Source: Staphylococcus phage VB_SavM_JYL01
Strand: one strand, 5' to 3'
DNA length: 64,000 bases
Sequence record: MH159197.1
Numbering within the stretch: position 1 is the stretch's first letter; every line of letters begins with the position of its first letter. The position numbers were made by a program, and so were the translations under genes. The notes beneath the pieces are model-generated. The model saw nothing but the letters and a program-made list of their open reading frames with translations, made no database searches and was not told where the DNA came from. Positions 45,461-57,089 of the stretch are shown here, piece after piece.

Positions 45461-45984
45461 TGAATAATTTTATACCACAACCTCAAGGGTTACTTAGGTT
45501 TTTAAACGCCCTAGATACAGATTTAACTTCTTCTCATATGAATTTACTTGATGAAGAGGTATCATTTGTATCTAAATTTTATACACCGCAATTACAATTA
45601 AGTGAATTAGCAAAAAAAGTATTGACAAATATAAAGACAGATGATATACCTGTATTAGAAAGAGAATTTAATGACAATACAATTATTCATAAAGCTAACG
45701 ATACATTACTAAAAGTACAAGCCCCTAGAATGTATATGATTCTACAATCTATTGTACTTGAAGCGTATGCTATTGTTAATTGCTTTGTAGAAAATCCAAG
45801 TTCTTTAAAATATCTAACTGAAGAAGATGTTAGAATAACACGAGAAAATTTAAATTATGTAGCAGACTATTTAGGTAACTATGATGATTACAATAGTGTT
45901 GTCTTAGATTTACGAGACCTAGATTTATGTTTTAGTGCTATAGAGTTACAATTACCTCTAATTAAAAAGGAGGCTAACGTATAA
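45460..45984 (+). CDS. baseplate protein (174 aa)
   Basis: Translational coupling within the baseplate block. Confidence 0.5.
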   Translation: MNNFIPQPQGLLRFLNALDTDLTSSHMNLLDEEVSFVSKFYTPQLQLSELAKKVLTNIKTDDIPVLEREFNDNTIIHKANDTLLKVQAPRMYMILQSIVLEAYAIVNCFVENPSSLKYLTEEDVRITRENLNYVADYLGNYDDYNSVVLDLRDLDLCFSAIELQLPLIKKEANV

Positions 45985-46688
45985 TGAGATTTAAGAAGCA
46001 TGTTGTTCAACATGAAGAAACTATGCAAGCAATAGCACAGAGATACTATGGTGATGTTAGTTATTGGATAGACCTAGTAGAACATAATAACTTAAAGTAT
46101 CCTTACCTAGTAGAAACTGATGAAGAAAAAATGAAAGACCCTGAAAGGCTAGCTTCTACAGGTGATACATTGATTATACCTATTGAATCAGACTTAACAG
46201 ATGTATCAGCAAAGGAAATTAATTCTAGAGATAAAGATGTATTAGTTGAGTTAGCTTTAGGAAGAGATTTAAATATTACTGCAGATGAAAAGTATTTTAA
46301 TGAACACGGTACTAGTGATAACATACTGGCATTTAGTACAAATGGTAATGGGGATTTAGATACTGTAAAAGGCATAGATAATATGAAACAGCAGTTACAA
46401 GCACGTTTATTAACTCCTAGAGGTTCTTTAATGTTACACCCTAACTATGGCTCAGATTTGCATAATTTATTTGGTCTTAATATACCTGAACAAGCTACAT
46501 TAATAGAAATGGAAGTATTGAGAACATTAACATCAGATAATAGAGTAAAATCTGCTAATCTAATTGATTGGAAAATACAAGGTAATGTTTATTCAGGTCA
46601 ATTTTCAGTGGAAATAAAATCTGTTGAAGAATCAATAAATTTTGTTTTAGGACAAGATGAGGAAGGAATTTTTGCTTTATTTGAATAG
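45984..46688 (+). CDS. baseplate wedge protein with LysM-like N-terminal segment
   Basis: HVVQHEETMQAIAQRYYGDVSYWIDLVEHNNL resembles a LysM core. Confidence 0.5.
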   Translation: MRFKKHVVQHEETMQAIAQRYYGDVSYWIDLVEHNNLKYPYLVETDEEKMKDPERLASTGDTLIIPIESDLTDVSAKEINSRDKDVLVELALGRDLNITADEKYFNEHGTSDNILAFSTNGNGDLDTVKGIDNMKQQLQARLLTPRGSLMLHPNYGSDLHNLFGLNIPEQATLIEMEVLRTLTSDNRVKSANLIDWKIQGNVYSGQFSVEIKSVEESINFVLGQDEEGIFALFE

Positions 46689-46702
46689 GAAAGGATTAAA
46701 TT

Positions 46703-47749
46703 ATGAAAACTAGAAAATTAACTAACATATTATCAAAATTAATAGATAAGACAATGGCAGGTACAAGTAAGATAACAGATTTTACCCCTGGTTCAGCCTC
46801 TAGGTCATTATTAGAAGCTGTATCATTAGAGATAGAGCAATTTTATATCTTGACAAAAGAAAATATTGATTGGGGTATACAAGAAGGTATTATTGAAGCT
46901 TTTGATTTCCAAAAGAGACAATCTAAAAGAGCTTATGGTGATGTTATCATTCAATTTTATCAACCTTTAGATATGAGAATGTATATACCTGCAGGAACAA
47001 CTTTTACTTCAACACGACAAGAATACCCTCAGCAATTTGAAACATTAGTTGATTATTATGCAGAGCCTGACTCTACTGAGATTGTTGTTGAGGTTTATTG
47101 TAAAGAAACAGGAGTTGCAGGTAATGTTCCTGAAGGAACAATTAATACTATAGCATCAGGTTCTAGTTTGATTAGAAGTGTTAATAATGAGTATTCTTTT
47201 AATACAGGAACTAAAGAAGAAAGCCAAGAAGACTTTAAACGTAGATTTCACTCTTTTGTAGAATCTAGAGGTAGAGCAACTAATAAATCGGTAAGATATG
47301 GAGCATTGCAGATACCTGATGTAGAAGGTGTTTATGTTTATGAAGAAACAGGACATATTACAGTATTTGCACATGATAGAAATGGTAATTTATCAGATAC
47401 TTTAAAAGAAGATATAATTGATGCTTTACAAGACTATAGACCGAGTGGTATAATGTTAGATGTTACAGGTGTAGAAAAAGAAGAAGTTAATGTTTCTGCT
47501 ACAGTAACTATATCTAATAAATCTAGAATTGGTGATACATTGCAAAAACATATTGAAGGTGTTATTAGAAGCTACTTAAATAATTTAAAAACTTCTGATG
47601 ACCTGATAATTACAGACCTTATTCAAGCTATAATGAATATTGATGATGTATTAATATATGATGTATCGTTTGAGAACTTAGATGAGAACATTATAGTACC
47701 ACCACAAGGAATTATTAGAGCAGGAGAAATAAAAGTAGAATTAAAGTAA
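46703..47749 (+). CDS. baseplate J-like protein
   Basis: 348 aa, typical size and position for baseplate J. Confidence 0.55.
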   Translation: MKTRKLTNILSKLIDKTMAGTSKITDFTPGSASRSLLEAVSLEIEQFYILTKENIDWGIQEGIIEAFDFQKRQSKRAYGDVIIQFYQPLDMRMYIPAGTTFTSTRQEYPQQFETLVDYYAEPDSTEIVVEVYCKETGVAGNVPEGTINTIASGSSLIRSVNNEYSFNTGTKEESQEDFKRRFHSFVESRGRATNKSVRYGALQIPDVEGVYVYEETGHITVFAHDRNGNLSDTLKEDIIDALQDYRPSGIMLDVTGVEKEEVNVSATVTISNKSRIGDTLQKHIEGVIRSYLNNLKTSDDLIITDLIQAIMNIDDVLIYDVSFENLDENIIVPPQGIIRAGEIKVELK

Positions 47750-47769
47750 AGAGAGGTGAAACTTAAGTC

Positions 47770-50700
47770 GTGGCTAATTTTTTAAAGAATCTTCATCCAT
47801 TATTAAGAAGAGATAGAAATAAAAAAGATAATCAAGACCCTAACTTTGCTCTGATAGATGCACTCAATGAAGAGATGAATCAAGTAGAGAAAGATGCTAT
47901 AGAAAGCAAGTTACAATCTTCTCTAAAGACAGCAACGAGTGAATATTTAGACAAATTTGGAGATTGGTTTGGGGTTTATAGAAAGACCGATGAAAAAGAT
48001 GATGTTTATAGAGCAAGAATTATAAAATACTTACTCTTGAAAAGAGGAACTAACAATGCTATAATAGATGCTATAAGAGATTATTTAGGTAAGGATGATA
48101 TTGATGTAAGCGTGTATGAACCCTTTACCAATATTTTCTATACTAACAAATCATACTTAAATGGTGAAGACCATTTAATGGGATACTATTATAGATTTGC
48201 TGTTATAAATGTTTCTATAGGTGACTATTTCCCTATAGAGATTATAGATGTAATTAACGAATTTAAACCTGCAGGTGTAACATTATATGTTACTTATGAT
48301 GGAGCTTCTACTATCAGAGGTGGAGCAATTATTAAGTGGTTAGATGGACTACCTAAAATTGAAACATATCAAGAGTTTGATAGGTTTACAGGTTATGATG
48401 ATACATTTTATGGTCATATTAATATGAATCAAAGTAAAGATACTGATAATAGTTCATCAGACATTTTTAAAACAAATCATAGTTTAATTAATAGTTTAGA
48501 TGTTTTAACAGGTTCCTCTAGTGTAGGTAGACAATATGTTAACTATGGATATGTAACATCATATGTTTATAATCCAGGTATGACATCTTCTGTAAACCAA
48601 ATAAGTGCTAGTACAGAAGGTAGAGGTCAGGAAGTACCTACTGATTATTATATGTATACTAGTACCAAGAATAATAATACAGTAGAACTTAATATGCAAA
48701 CTACTTCCGGTGTATCTTATCTCTATAATAACTTTAATTTTAGAGATTATATGAGTAAGTATAGACCTCAAGTAGATTTACAATCTGATGAGGCTAGAAG
48801 AATTGTATCTGATTATATAAAAGAATTAAGTATTGATTATTATCTCAGTGCTGTTATACCTCCTGACGAAAGTATAGAAATTAAATTACAAGTTTATGAC
48901 TTTTCTATTAATAGATGGCTTACAGTATCAATTAGTAACTTATCTTTCTATGAAAAAAATATTGGTAGCAATATAGGTTATATAAAAGATTATTTAAATA
49001 GTGAATTAAATATGTTTACTAGATTAGAGATAAATGCAGGTAAAAGAGACTCAGTAGATATTAAAGTTAACTATCTAGATTTAATGTTTTATTACTATGA
49101 ACGAGGAATTTACACAATAAAACCTTATAAAGCATTAGTAGAAAATTACTTAGATATATCTAGAGAGACTTATGTAGAGGCGTTTAAAATAGCATCATTA
49201 TTGAATGGAGACATTATAACTAAAACAGGTTTCCAACCTATAGGATACTTAAAATTAGTTGGTAGTTATGAGAATACAAGACCTAGCGCAGTAAACATAG
49301 TAGCTAAAGATACAGATAATAATCCTATAGAATCTACTGAGTTAGATGTGTATAGTACAATAGAAAACAGGAATCTATTACAGTCTTATAAAGGTGTAAA
49401 TAATATAGCTAGAGAAATAACATCTACGGAAGAGTTTACCGTATCAGGATGGGCTAAAGAGATATATTCAACTAATTATTTGTCTAAAGTACTAAAACCA
49501 GGTAAAGTATACACTTTATCTTTCGATATGGAAATAACAAATAATGACCTGACTCTTAAATCTTATTCTGATAATCATGGTATATATTTATACAGTAATA
49601 CCAAAGGAATTGTTGTTAATGGTGTTAAATCTATGGAGCGCACCGTAGGTAACAAAGTATCTATAACTCAGACTTTTACAGCACCTACTATTACCGACCA
49701 CAGGTTATTAATTTATACTGGAAGATATACATCTGATGGGAAAGCATCAACCCCTCCAGTGTTCTTTAATACAGTTAAAATTACTGAACTAAAATTATCT
49801 GAAGGTGACTCTAAATTAGCTTACTCACCTGCCCCTGAAGATAAACCTAATGTAATAGAAAAAGGAATTCAATTTAATAATATCAAAACTAATATACAGA
49901 CTTTAAATATCAATTCAGATATTAATCTAAAGAATGTAACTTTATACTATTCTTACTATGGTGATAGTTGGGTAGAATTAAAAACTATAGGTAATATTAG
50001 TACAGGAGAAACAACAGAAACTAATAATTTAATAGATTTATATGGATTACAGACAGTAGATTACTCTAACATAAATCCAATGTCAAAAGTATCATTACGT
50101 TCTATTTGGAATGTTAAATTAGGTGAACTTAATAATCAAGAAGGTTCTTTATCTAATATGCCTAATGATTATTTTAATGCTGTATGGCAAGACATAGATA
50201 AACTATCAGATATTGATTTAGGTTCTATGAGAATGGTCAAAGACACTGAAGGTGGAGTATTTGATGGAGCTACAGGTGAAATTATTAAGGCTACTTTATT
50301 TAACGTTGGTGTTTATACTGATTTAGATATGTTAGCTTATACTTTGACTAATTACACTGAACCATTAACTTTAGGTTCTAGTAGATTGATAAGTGAGCTA
50401 AAAGAAGAATTACTAACATCAGAATCATTTAATGTTGATAATAGAATTAAAGTAATTGACTCAATCTCTGAGCAATTACCTAATAATAATATATTGAGTA
50501 ACTCTTATCAAACACAAACGATTACACAGAATGGATTTGCTAAATATAATTTGAAAGAACCTATAGAACAAAGAAAACAATACAACCTAAGAATACATGG
50601 AGATTTTAAAGAAGGACTAGAAAGATTAGCTATAGGTAATTCTAATGGGTCATTTAATGAAGTATTTGTTTATCCTGAAAATATTAAAGATGGTATAGTA

Positions 50701-50835
50701 GATATTACTTATACTTCTAGAGATGATAATTATGCAGAAGGAAAACAAAGACTTAATAATGATTATAGAGTTTATGCTCAACCATATGATAGTGGTGTAG
50801 TTACAATTTACAGTCTAGAGTTAATAAAAGTTTAA
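47770..50835 (+). CDS. large baseplate/tail-fiber structural protein (1021 aa, GTG start)
   Basis: Position and size. Confidence 0.6.
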   Translation: MANFLKNLHPLLRRDRNKKDNQDPNFALIDALNEEMNQVEKDAIESKLQSSLKTATSEYLDKFGDWFGVYRKTDEKDDVYRARIIKYLLLKRGTNNAIIDAIRDYLGKDDIDVSVYEPFTNIFYTNKSYLNGEDHLMGYYYRFAVINVSIGDYFPIEIIDVINEFKPAGVTLYVTYDGASTIRGGAIIKWLDGLPKIETYQEFDRFTGYDDTFYGHINMNQSKDTDNSSSDIFKTNHSLINSLDVLTGSSSVGRQYVNYGYVTSYVYNPGMTSSVNQISASTEGRGQEVPTDYYMYTSTKNNNTVELNMQTTSGVSYLYNNFNFRDYMSKYRPQVDLQSDEARRIVSDYIKELSIDYYLSAVIPPDESIEIKLQVYDFSINRWLTVSISNLSFYEKNIGSNIGYIKDYLNSELNMFTRLEINAGKRDSVDIKVNYLDLMFYYYERGIYTIKPYKALVENYLDISRETYVEAFKIASLLNGDIITKTGFQPIGYLKLVGSYENTRPSAVNIVAKDTDNNPIESTELDVYSTIENRNLLQSYKGVNNIAREITSTEEFTVSGWAKEIYSTNYLSKVLKPGKVYTLSFDMEITNNDLTLKSYSDNHGIYLYSNTKGIVVNGVKSMERTVGNKVSITQTFTAPTITDHRLLIYTGRYTSDGKASTPPVFFNTVKITELKLSEGDSKLAYSPAPEDKPNVIEKGIQFNNIKTNIQTLNINSDINLKNVTLYYSYYGDSWVELKTIGNISTGETTETNNLIDLYGLQTVDYSNINPMSKVSLRSIWNVKLGELNNQEGSLSNMPNDYFNAVWQDIDKLSDIDLGSMRMVKDTEGGVFDGATGEIIKATLFNVGVYTDLDMLAYTLTNYTEPLTLGSSRLISELKEELLTSESFNVDNRIKVIDSISEQLPNNNILSNSYQTQTITQNGFAKYNLKEPIEQRKQYNLRIHGDFKEGLERLAIGNSNGSFNEVFVYPENIKDGIVDITYTSRDDNYAEGKQRLNNDYRVYAQPYDSGVVTIYSLELIKV

Positions 50836-50843
50836 TAAATAAG

Positions 50844-50872
50844 TTGACAGAAAGTTAATAATATGGTATACT
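50844..50872 (+). promoter_or_regulatory. sigma-A-type promoter TTGACA-17-TATACT
   Basis: Seen in sequence. Confidence 0.5.
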
Positions 50873-50900
50873 TATAAAGTAATATTTAGTGGGTATACCA

Positions 50901-50910
50901 TGTTATATTA
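50901..50910 (+). promoter_or_regulatory. late-promoter motif TGTTATATTA, directly abutting the inverted repeat atggtatac/gtataccat (50864-50901)
   Basis: Exact 10-mer ~35 nt upstream of the 50946 ATG. Confidence 0.55.
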
Positions 50911-50930
50911 ATAAAGAAAACAACAGATGA

Positions 50931-51467
<537 letters not shown>

Positions 51468-51487
51468 AGAAAGGGAGATAATTCTAA

Positions 51488-54400
51488 ATGGCAATTAATT
51501 TTAAAGGTTCACCTTATTTAGATAGATTTGACCCGTCTAAAGATAGAACAAAAGTATTATTTAATCCTGATAGACCTCTACAACAGGCAGAATTAAATGA
51601 AATGCAGTCTATAGACCAATATTATTTAAAAAATCTAGGAGACGCTATTTTTAAAGACGGAGATAAGCAATCAGGACTTGGATTCACATTGTCTGAAGAT
51701 AATGTATTGACAGTAAACCCTGGTTATGTATATATCAACGGTAAAATAAGATATTACGATAATGATGATTCAGTTAAAATAACTGGTGTAGGTAAAGAAA
51801 CTATCGGTATTAAGTTAACAGAACGTATTGTTACACCTGATGAAGATGCTAGCCTATTAGACCAAACTAGTGGGGTACCAAGTTACTTCTCCAAAGGTGC
51901 AGATAGATTAGAAGAAAAGATGTCATTAACAGTTAATGACCCTACTTCAGCAACTATTTATACTTTCATGGATGGAGATTTATATATCCAATCAACTAAT
52001 GCTGAAATGGATAAAATCAATAAAGTATTAGCTGAACGTACTTACGATGAGTCAGGTTCATATAAAGTAAATGGTTTTGAGTTATTCTCAGAAGGTAACG
52101 CTGAGGATGATGACCACGTTTCTGTAGTTGTAGATGCAGGTAAAGCATACGTAAAAGGTTTTAAAGTAGATAAACCAGTATCAACAAGAATTAGTGTACC
52201 TAAATCTTATGACCTAGGAACAGCAGAAAACGAAAGTACTATATTTAATAAGTCTAATAATTCTATTAGTTTAGCTAATAGCCCTGTAAAAGAAATTAGA
52301 CGTGTTACAGGTCAAGTACTTATTGAAAAAGAACGAGTTACAAGAGGAGCTCAAGGTGATGGTCAAGACTTTCTTTCAAATAACACAGCATTTGAAATTG
52401 TAAAAGTTTGGACTGAAACAAGTCCTGGAGTTACTACAAAAGAGTATAAACAAGGAGAAGACTTCAGATTAACAGATGGTCAAACTATTGACTGGTCACC
52501 TCAAGGTCAAGAACCTTCAGGCGGTACCTCATACTATGTTTCTTATAAATATAATAAACGTATGGAAGCCGGTAAAGATTATGAAGTAACAACACAGGGT
52601 GAAGGGTTAAGTAAGAAATGGTACATTAACTTTACACCTTCAAATGGAGCTAAACCTATTGACCAAACAGTAGTATTAGTAGACTATACTTACTACCTGG
52701 CTCGTAAAGATTCAGTGTTTATTAATAAGTATGGTGATATTGCAATACTACCTGGTGAACCTAATATTATGAGATTAGTGACACCACCGTTAAATACAGA
52801 CCCTGAGAATTTACAATTAGGTACGGTTACAGTATTACCTGATTCAGATGAAGCAGTATGTATTTCGTTTGCAATCACTAGATTGTCTATGGAAGACTTA
52901 CAGAAAGTTAAAACAAGAGTAGATAACTTAGAGTATAACCAAGCAGTAAATGCTCTAGATGATGGTGCTATGGAAGGACAGAACCCTTTAACGCTACGTT
53001 CAGTATTTAGTGAAGGTTTCATTAGTCTTGACAAAGCAGATATTACACATCCTGACTTCGGAATTGTATTTAGTTTTGAAGACGCAGAAGCTACTCTAGC
53101 GTATACAGAAGCAGTTAACCAACCTAAGATTATTACTGGAGATACAACAGCTCATATTTGGGGTAGATTAATTTCAGCACCATTTACTGAGGAACGTACA
53201 ATCTATCAAGGTCAAGCATCAGAAACATTAAATGTTAACCCTTATAATATCCCTAATAAACAAGGTGTACTTAAGTTAACACCTAGTGAGGATAACTGGA
53301 TTGATACTGAAAATGTTACAATAACTGAACAAAAAACTAAGAAAGTAACTATGAAACGATTTTGGAGACACAACGAAAGTTACTATGGTGAGACTGAACA
53401 TTACTTGTATTCTAATTTACAATTAGATGCAGGACAAAAGTGGAAAGGTGAAACTTACGCTTACGATAGAGAGCATGGACGTACTGGTACTTTATTAGAA
53501 TCAGGAGGACAGCGTACTCTAGAAGAAATGATTGAATTCATTAGAATTAGAGATGTATCCTTCGAGGTTAAAGGTCTAAACCCTAATGATAATAACTTAT
53601 ATTTATTATTTGATGGTGTAAGATGCCCTATTACCCCTGCAACTGGTTACAGAAAAGGTTCTGAAGATGGAACTATTATGACAGATGCAAAAGGAACAGC
53701 TAAAGGTAAATTTACTATTCCTGCAGGTATTCGTTGTGGTAACCGAGAAGTTACACTCAAGAATGCTAACTCTACAAGTGCTACAACTTACACAGCTCAA
53801 GGACGTAAAAAAATCGTTCAAGATATTATTATTAGAACTCGTGTAACAGTAAACTTAGTAGACCCATTAGCACAATCATTCCAGTATGATGAGAACAGAA
53901 CTATATCATCACTAGGGTTATACTTTGCTTCTAAAGGTGATAAACAATCTAACGTTGTTATCCAAATTAGAGGTATGGGTGACCAAGGTTATCCTAATAA
54001 AACAATCTATGCAGAGACAGTTATGAATGCAGATGACATTAAAGTATCTAATAATGCTAGTGCTGAAACTAGAGTATACTTTGATGACCCTATGATGGCT
54101 GAAGGCGGTAAAGAATACGCTATTGTTATTATTACTGAGAACAGTGATTATACAATGTGGGTAGGTACTAGAACTAAGCCTAAGATTGATAAACCTAATG
54201 AGGTTATCTCAGGTAACCCATATCTTCAAGGTGTGTTATTCAGTTCATCAAACGCATCAACATGGACTCCTCATCAAAACTCTGACCTTAAATTTGGTAT
54301 CTATACTTCTAAATTTAATGAAACAGCAACAATTGAATTCGAACCAATTAAAGATGTATCTGCAGATAGAATCGTTCTTATGTCTACGTACTTAACTCCT

Positions 54401-54946
54401 GAGAGAACAGGATGTACATGGGAAATGAAATTAATTCTAGATGATATGGCATCTTCTACAACATTCGACCAGTTGAAATGGGAGCCTATCGGTAACTATC
54501 AAGACTTAGATGTTTTAGGTCTAGCAAGACAAGTTAAACTAAGAGCAACTTTTGAATCAAATAGATATATCTCACCATTAATGAGTTCTAGTGATTTAAC
54601 ATTCACTACATTCTTAACAGAATTAACAGGTTCATATGTTGGTAGAGCTATTGATATGACAGAGGCTCCTTACAATACAATAAGATTTAGTTATGAAGCT
54701 TTCTTACCTAAAGGTACTAAAGTTGTTCCTAAGTATTCTGCAGACGATGGAAAAACTTGGAAAACATTTACTAAATCCCCTACAACTACTAGAGCCAATA
54801 ATGAGTTTACACGCTATGTCATTGACGAGAAAGTAAAATCATCAGGAACAAATACTAAACTACAAGTTAGATTAGATTTATCAACTGAAAATAGCTTTTT
54901 ACGTCCTCGTGTTCGTAGACTTATGGTTACTACTAGGGATGAATAA
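51488..54946 (+). CDS. large tail fiber / adsorption-associated protein (1152 aa)
   Basis: Size and position. The N-terminal MAINFKG... is related to the N-termini of the two downstream fiber proteins. Confidence 0.65.
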   Translation: MAINFKGSPYLDRFDPSKDRTKVLFNPDRPLQQAELNEMQSIDQYYLKNLGDAIFKDGDKQSGLGFTLSEDNVLTVNPGYVYINGKIRYYDNDDSVKITGVGKETIGIKLTERIVTPDEDASLLDQTSGVPSYFSKGADRLEEKMSLTVNDPTSATIYTFMDGDLYIQSTNAEMDKINKVLAERTYDESGSYKVNGFELFSEGNAEDDDHVSVVVDAGKAYVKGFKVDKPVSTRISVPKSYDLGTAENESTIFNKSNNSISLANSPVKEIRRVTGQVLIEKERVTRGAQGDGQDFLSNNTAFEIVKVWTETSPGVTTKEYKQGEDFRLTDGQTIDWSPQGQEPSGGTSYYVSYKYNKRMEAGKDYEVTTQGEGLSKKWYINFTPSNGAKPIDQTVVLVDYTYYLARKDSVFINKYGDIAILPGEPNIMRLVTPPLNTDPENLQLGTVTVLPDSDEAVCISFAITRLSMEDLQKVKTRVDNLEYNQAVNALDDGAMEGQNPLTLRSVFSEGFISLDKADITHPDFGIVFSFEDAEATLAYTEAVNQPKIITGDTTAHIWGRLISAPFTEERTIYQGQASETLNVNPYNIPNKQGVLKLTPSEDNWIDTENVTITEQKTKKVTMKRFWRHNESYYGETEHYLYSNLQLDAGQKWKGETYAYDREHGRTGTLLESGGQRTLEEMIEFIRIRDVSFEVKGLNPNDNNLYLLFDGVRCPITPATGYRKGSEDGTIMTDAKGTAKGKFTIPAGIRCGNREVTLKNANSTSATTYTAQGRKKIVQDIIIRTRVTVNLVDPLAQSFQYDENRTISSLGLYFASKGDKQSNVVIQIRGMGDQGYPNKTIYAETVMNADDIKVSNNASAETRVYFDDPMMAEGGKEYAIVIITENSDYTMWVGTRTKPKIDKPNEVISGNPYLQGVLFSSSNASTWTPHQNSDLKFGIYTSKFNETATIEFEPIKDVSADRIVLMSTYLTPERTGCTWEMKLILDDMASSTTFDQLKWEPIGNYQDLDVLGLARQVKLRATFESNRYISPLMSSSDLTFTTFLTELTGSYVGRAIDMTEAPYNTIRFSYEAFLPKGTKVVPKYSADDGKTWKTFTKSPTTTRANNEFTRYVIDEKVKSSGTNTKLQVRLDLSTENSFLRPRVRRLMVTTRDE

Positions 54947-54949
54947 ACT

Positions 54950-54977
54950 AGAGGGGTTGATTGACCCCTCTTTATTT
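54950..54977 (+). terminator. intrinsic terminator
   Basis: Hairpin gaggggt-tgattg-acccctc followed by tttattt. Confidence 0.65.
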
Positions 54978-54994
54978 AATAAGGAGAGATTTAT

Positions 54995-55153
54995 ATGCCT
55001 AGAGAAGTTAGAGACCCTTATTCTCAAGCTAAGCTATTTATACCTACAGTTGAAGAAAAATCAATTAAGGAATTAGAAAGAACATATAAGGAAAAAATTA
55101 ATGAAGTTGATAGACTTCTTAATGAATTAAAGAAAGAGAGAGGAGAAAAATAG
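54995..55153 (+). CDS. small coiled-coil protein (52 aa) whose stop abuts the next start
   Basis: AAGGAGAG SD. The TAG stop is immediately followed by the ATG of the next gene. Confidence 0.45.
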   Translation: MPREVRDPYSQAKLFIPTVEEKSIKELERTYKEKINEVDRLLNELKKERGEK

Positions 55154-57076
55154 ATGGCATTTAATTACACGCCTCTTACTGAAACACAAAAGTTAAAAGA
55201 TATGTACCCGAAGGTAAATGATATTGGTAACTTTTTAAAAACAGAGGTTAACCTTAGTGATGTAAAACAGATATCACAGCCTGATTTTAATAATATTTTA
55301 TCATCTATACCTGATAGCGGTAACTATTATGTAACTAATTCAAGAAATGCTCCTGCAGGAGAAGCAACAGCAGGATTTGTAAGATTAGATAAAAGAAATG
55401 TAAATTATTACAAAATATATTATTCACCTTATAGCAGTAATAAAATGTATATTAAGACTTATGCTAATGGAACAGTATATGATTGGATTAGTTTTAAATT
55501 AGATGAAGGTAGTTTATATAATGAGGGTAATACTATTAACGTCAAAGAACTTACTGAATCTACAACACAATATGCAACACTAGTTAATCCTCCTAAAGAG
55601 AACTTAAACACTGGATGGGTTAATTATAAAGAAAGTAAGAATGGTGTTTCTTCTTTAGTAGAATTTAATCCAGTTAACTCTACTTCAACTTTTAAAATGA
55701 TAAGAAAACTACCAGTACAAGAGCAAAAACCTAACTTACTTAGAGATAGTTTATTTGTTTATCCTGAAACAAGCTCTTCTAACATTAAAACGGATAATTG
55801 GGCTACACCTCCATTTTGGGGATATACAGCTAATAGTGGTCGTTCAGGAGTTAGATTTAGAGGAGAAAACACTATACAGATTGATGATGGTAATAGCACA
55901 TACCCTACAGCAATGACTAATAGATTTAAAATGGGTAATGAGCTTTCTGTAGGGGATACTATAACTGTATCAGTATATGCTAAAATTAATGACCCTGCTT
56001 TACTTAAAGATAACTTAGTTTATTTTGAACTGGCAGGATATGATACTGTAGATAGAACAGATAATCCTTATACAGGTGGTCGAAGAGAAATAACAGCAAG
56101 TGAAATAACTACTGAGTGGAAAAAGTATTCATTTACATTTACAATACCTGAAAATACGATTGGTGCGTCAGGTGTTAAAGTTAATTATGTGTCACTACTT
56201 TTACGAATGAATTGTTCTTCTAGTAAAGGAAATGGTGCAGTAGTATATTATGCTTTACCTAAATTAGAGAAATCATCTAAAGTAACTCCGTTTATTACAC
56301 ATGTAAACGATGTTCGTAAATATGATGAGATTTGGTCTAATTGGCAGGAAGTTATTAGTAAAGATGAATTAAAGGGTCATTCCCCTGTAGACATTGAGTA
56401 TAATGATTACTTCAAGTACCAATGGTGGAAGTCAGAAGTTAATGAGAAAAACTTAAAAGATTTAGCTATGACTGTACCTCAAGGCTATCATACTTTCTAT
56501 TGTCAAGGTTCTATTGAAGGGACACCTAAAGGACGCTCTATTAGAGGAACTATACAAGTGGATTATGATAAAGGTGACCCTTATAGAGCTAATAAGTTTG
56601 TTAAGTTATTATTTACAGATACAGAAGGTATACCATATACATTATATTATGGTGGTTACAACCAAGGTTGGAAGCCTTTAAAACAGCAAAGAACATCTAC
56701 AATACTTTGGGAAGGCACTTTGGATTACGGTTCAAAAGATACTATTCCTTTAAATGATTCATGGACTAACTATGACTTATTAGAAGTTGTATATCTGACT
56801 CAATCAGCGGGACATTATAAAACAATGTTTTTAGATTTAAGAATACCTACGACTCCGTATTTATATATAAGAGATTTTAATTTATCTAACAACTCTACAG
56901 GTTCAGGAGTAGACTTCTTTGAAGGATATTTAACTTTCCCTACAAATACTTCAGCAACACCAACTATGGTTAAAAAGGTTACTTTAAATGGGTCTACTAA
57001 TACAACATCTGTAACAGATTTTAATGCACAAGGAATAATAACTATATATAGAATAGCAGGAATTAACACACTTTAG
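55154..57076 (+). CDS. receptor-binding protein candidate 1 (640 aa)
   Basis: N-terminal MAFNYTPLTETQK...VNDIGNFL anchor, then a large variable C-terminal domain. Its position resembles what I recall of the Kayvirus receptor-binding-protein pair. Confidence 0.6.
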   Translation: MAFNYTPLTETQKLKDMYPKVNDIGNFLKTEVNLSDVKQISQPDFNNILSSIPDSGNYYVTNSRNAPAGEATAGFVRLDKRNVNYYKIYYSPYSSNKMYIKTYANGTVYDWISFKLDEGSLYNEGNTINVKELTESTTQYATLVNPPKENLNTGWVNYKESKNGVSSLVEFNPVNSTSTFKMIRKLPVQEQKPNLLRDSLFVYPETSSSNIKTDNWATPPFWGYTANSGRSGVRFRGENTIQIDDGNSTYPTAMTNRFKMGNELSVGDTITVSVYAKINDPALLKDNLVYFELAGYDTVDRTDNPYTGGRREITASEITTEWKKYSFTFTIPENTIGASGVKVNYVSLLLRMNCSSSKGNGAVVYYALPKLEKSSKVTPFITHVNDVRKYDEIWSNWQEVISKDELKGHSPVDIEYNDYFKYQWWKSEVNEKNLKDLAMTVPQGYHTFYCQGSIEGTPKGRSIRGTIQVDYDKGDPYRANKFVKLLFTDTEGIPYTLYYGGYNQGWKPLKQQRTSTILWEGTLDYGSKDTIPLNDSWTNYDLLEVVYLTQSAGHYKTMFLDLRIPTTPYLYIRDFNLSNNSTGSGVDFFEGYLTFPTNTSATPTMVKKVTLNGSTNTTSVTDFNAQGIITIYRIAGINTL

Positions 57077-57089
57077 GAGGTTAGATAAA

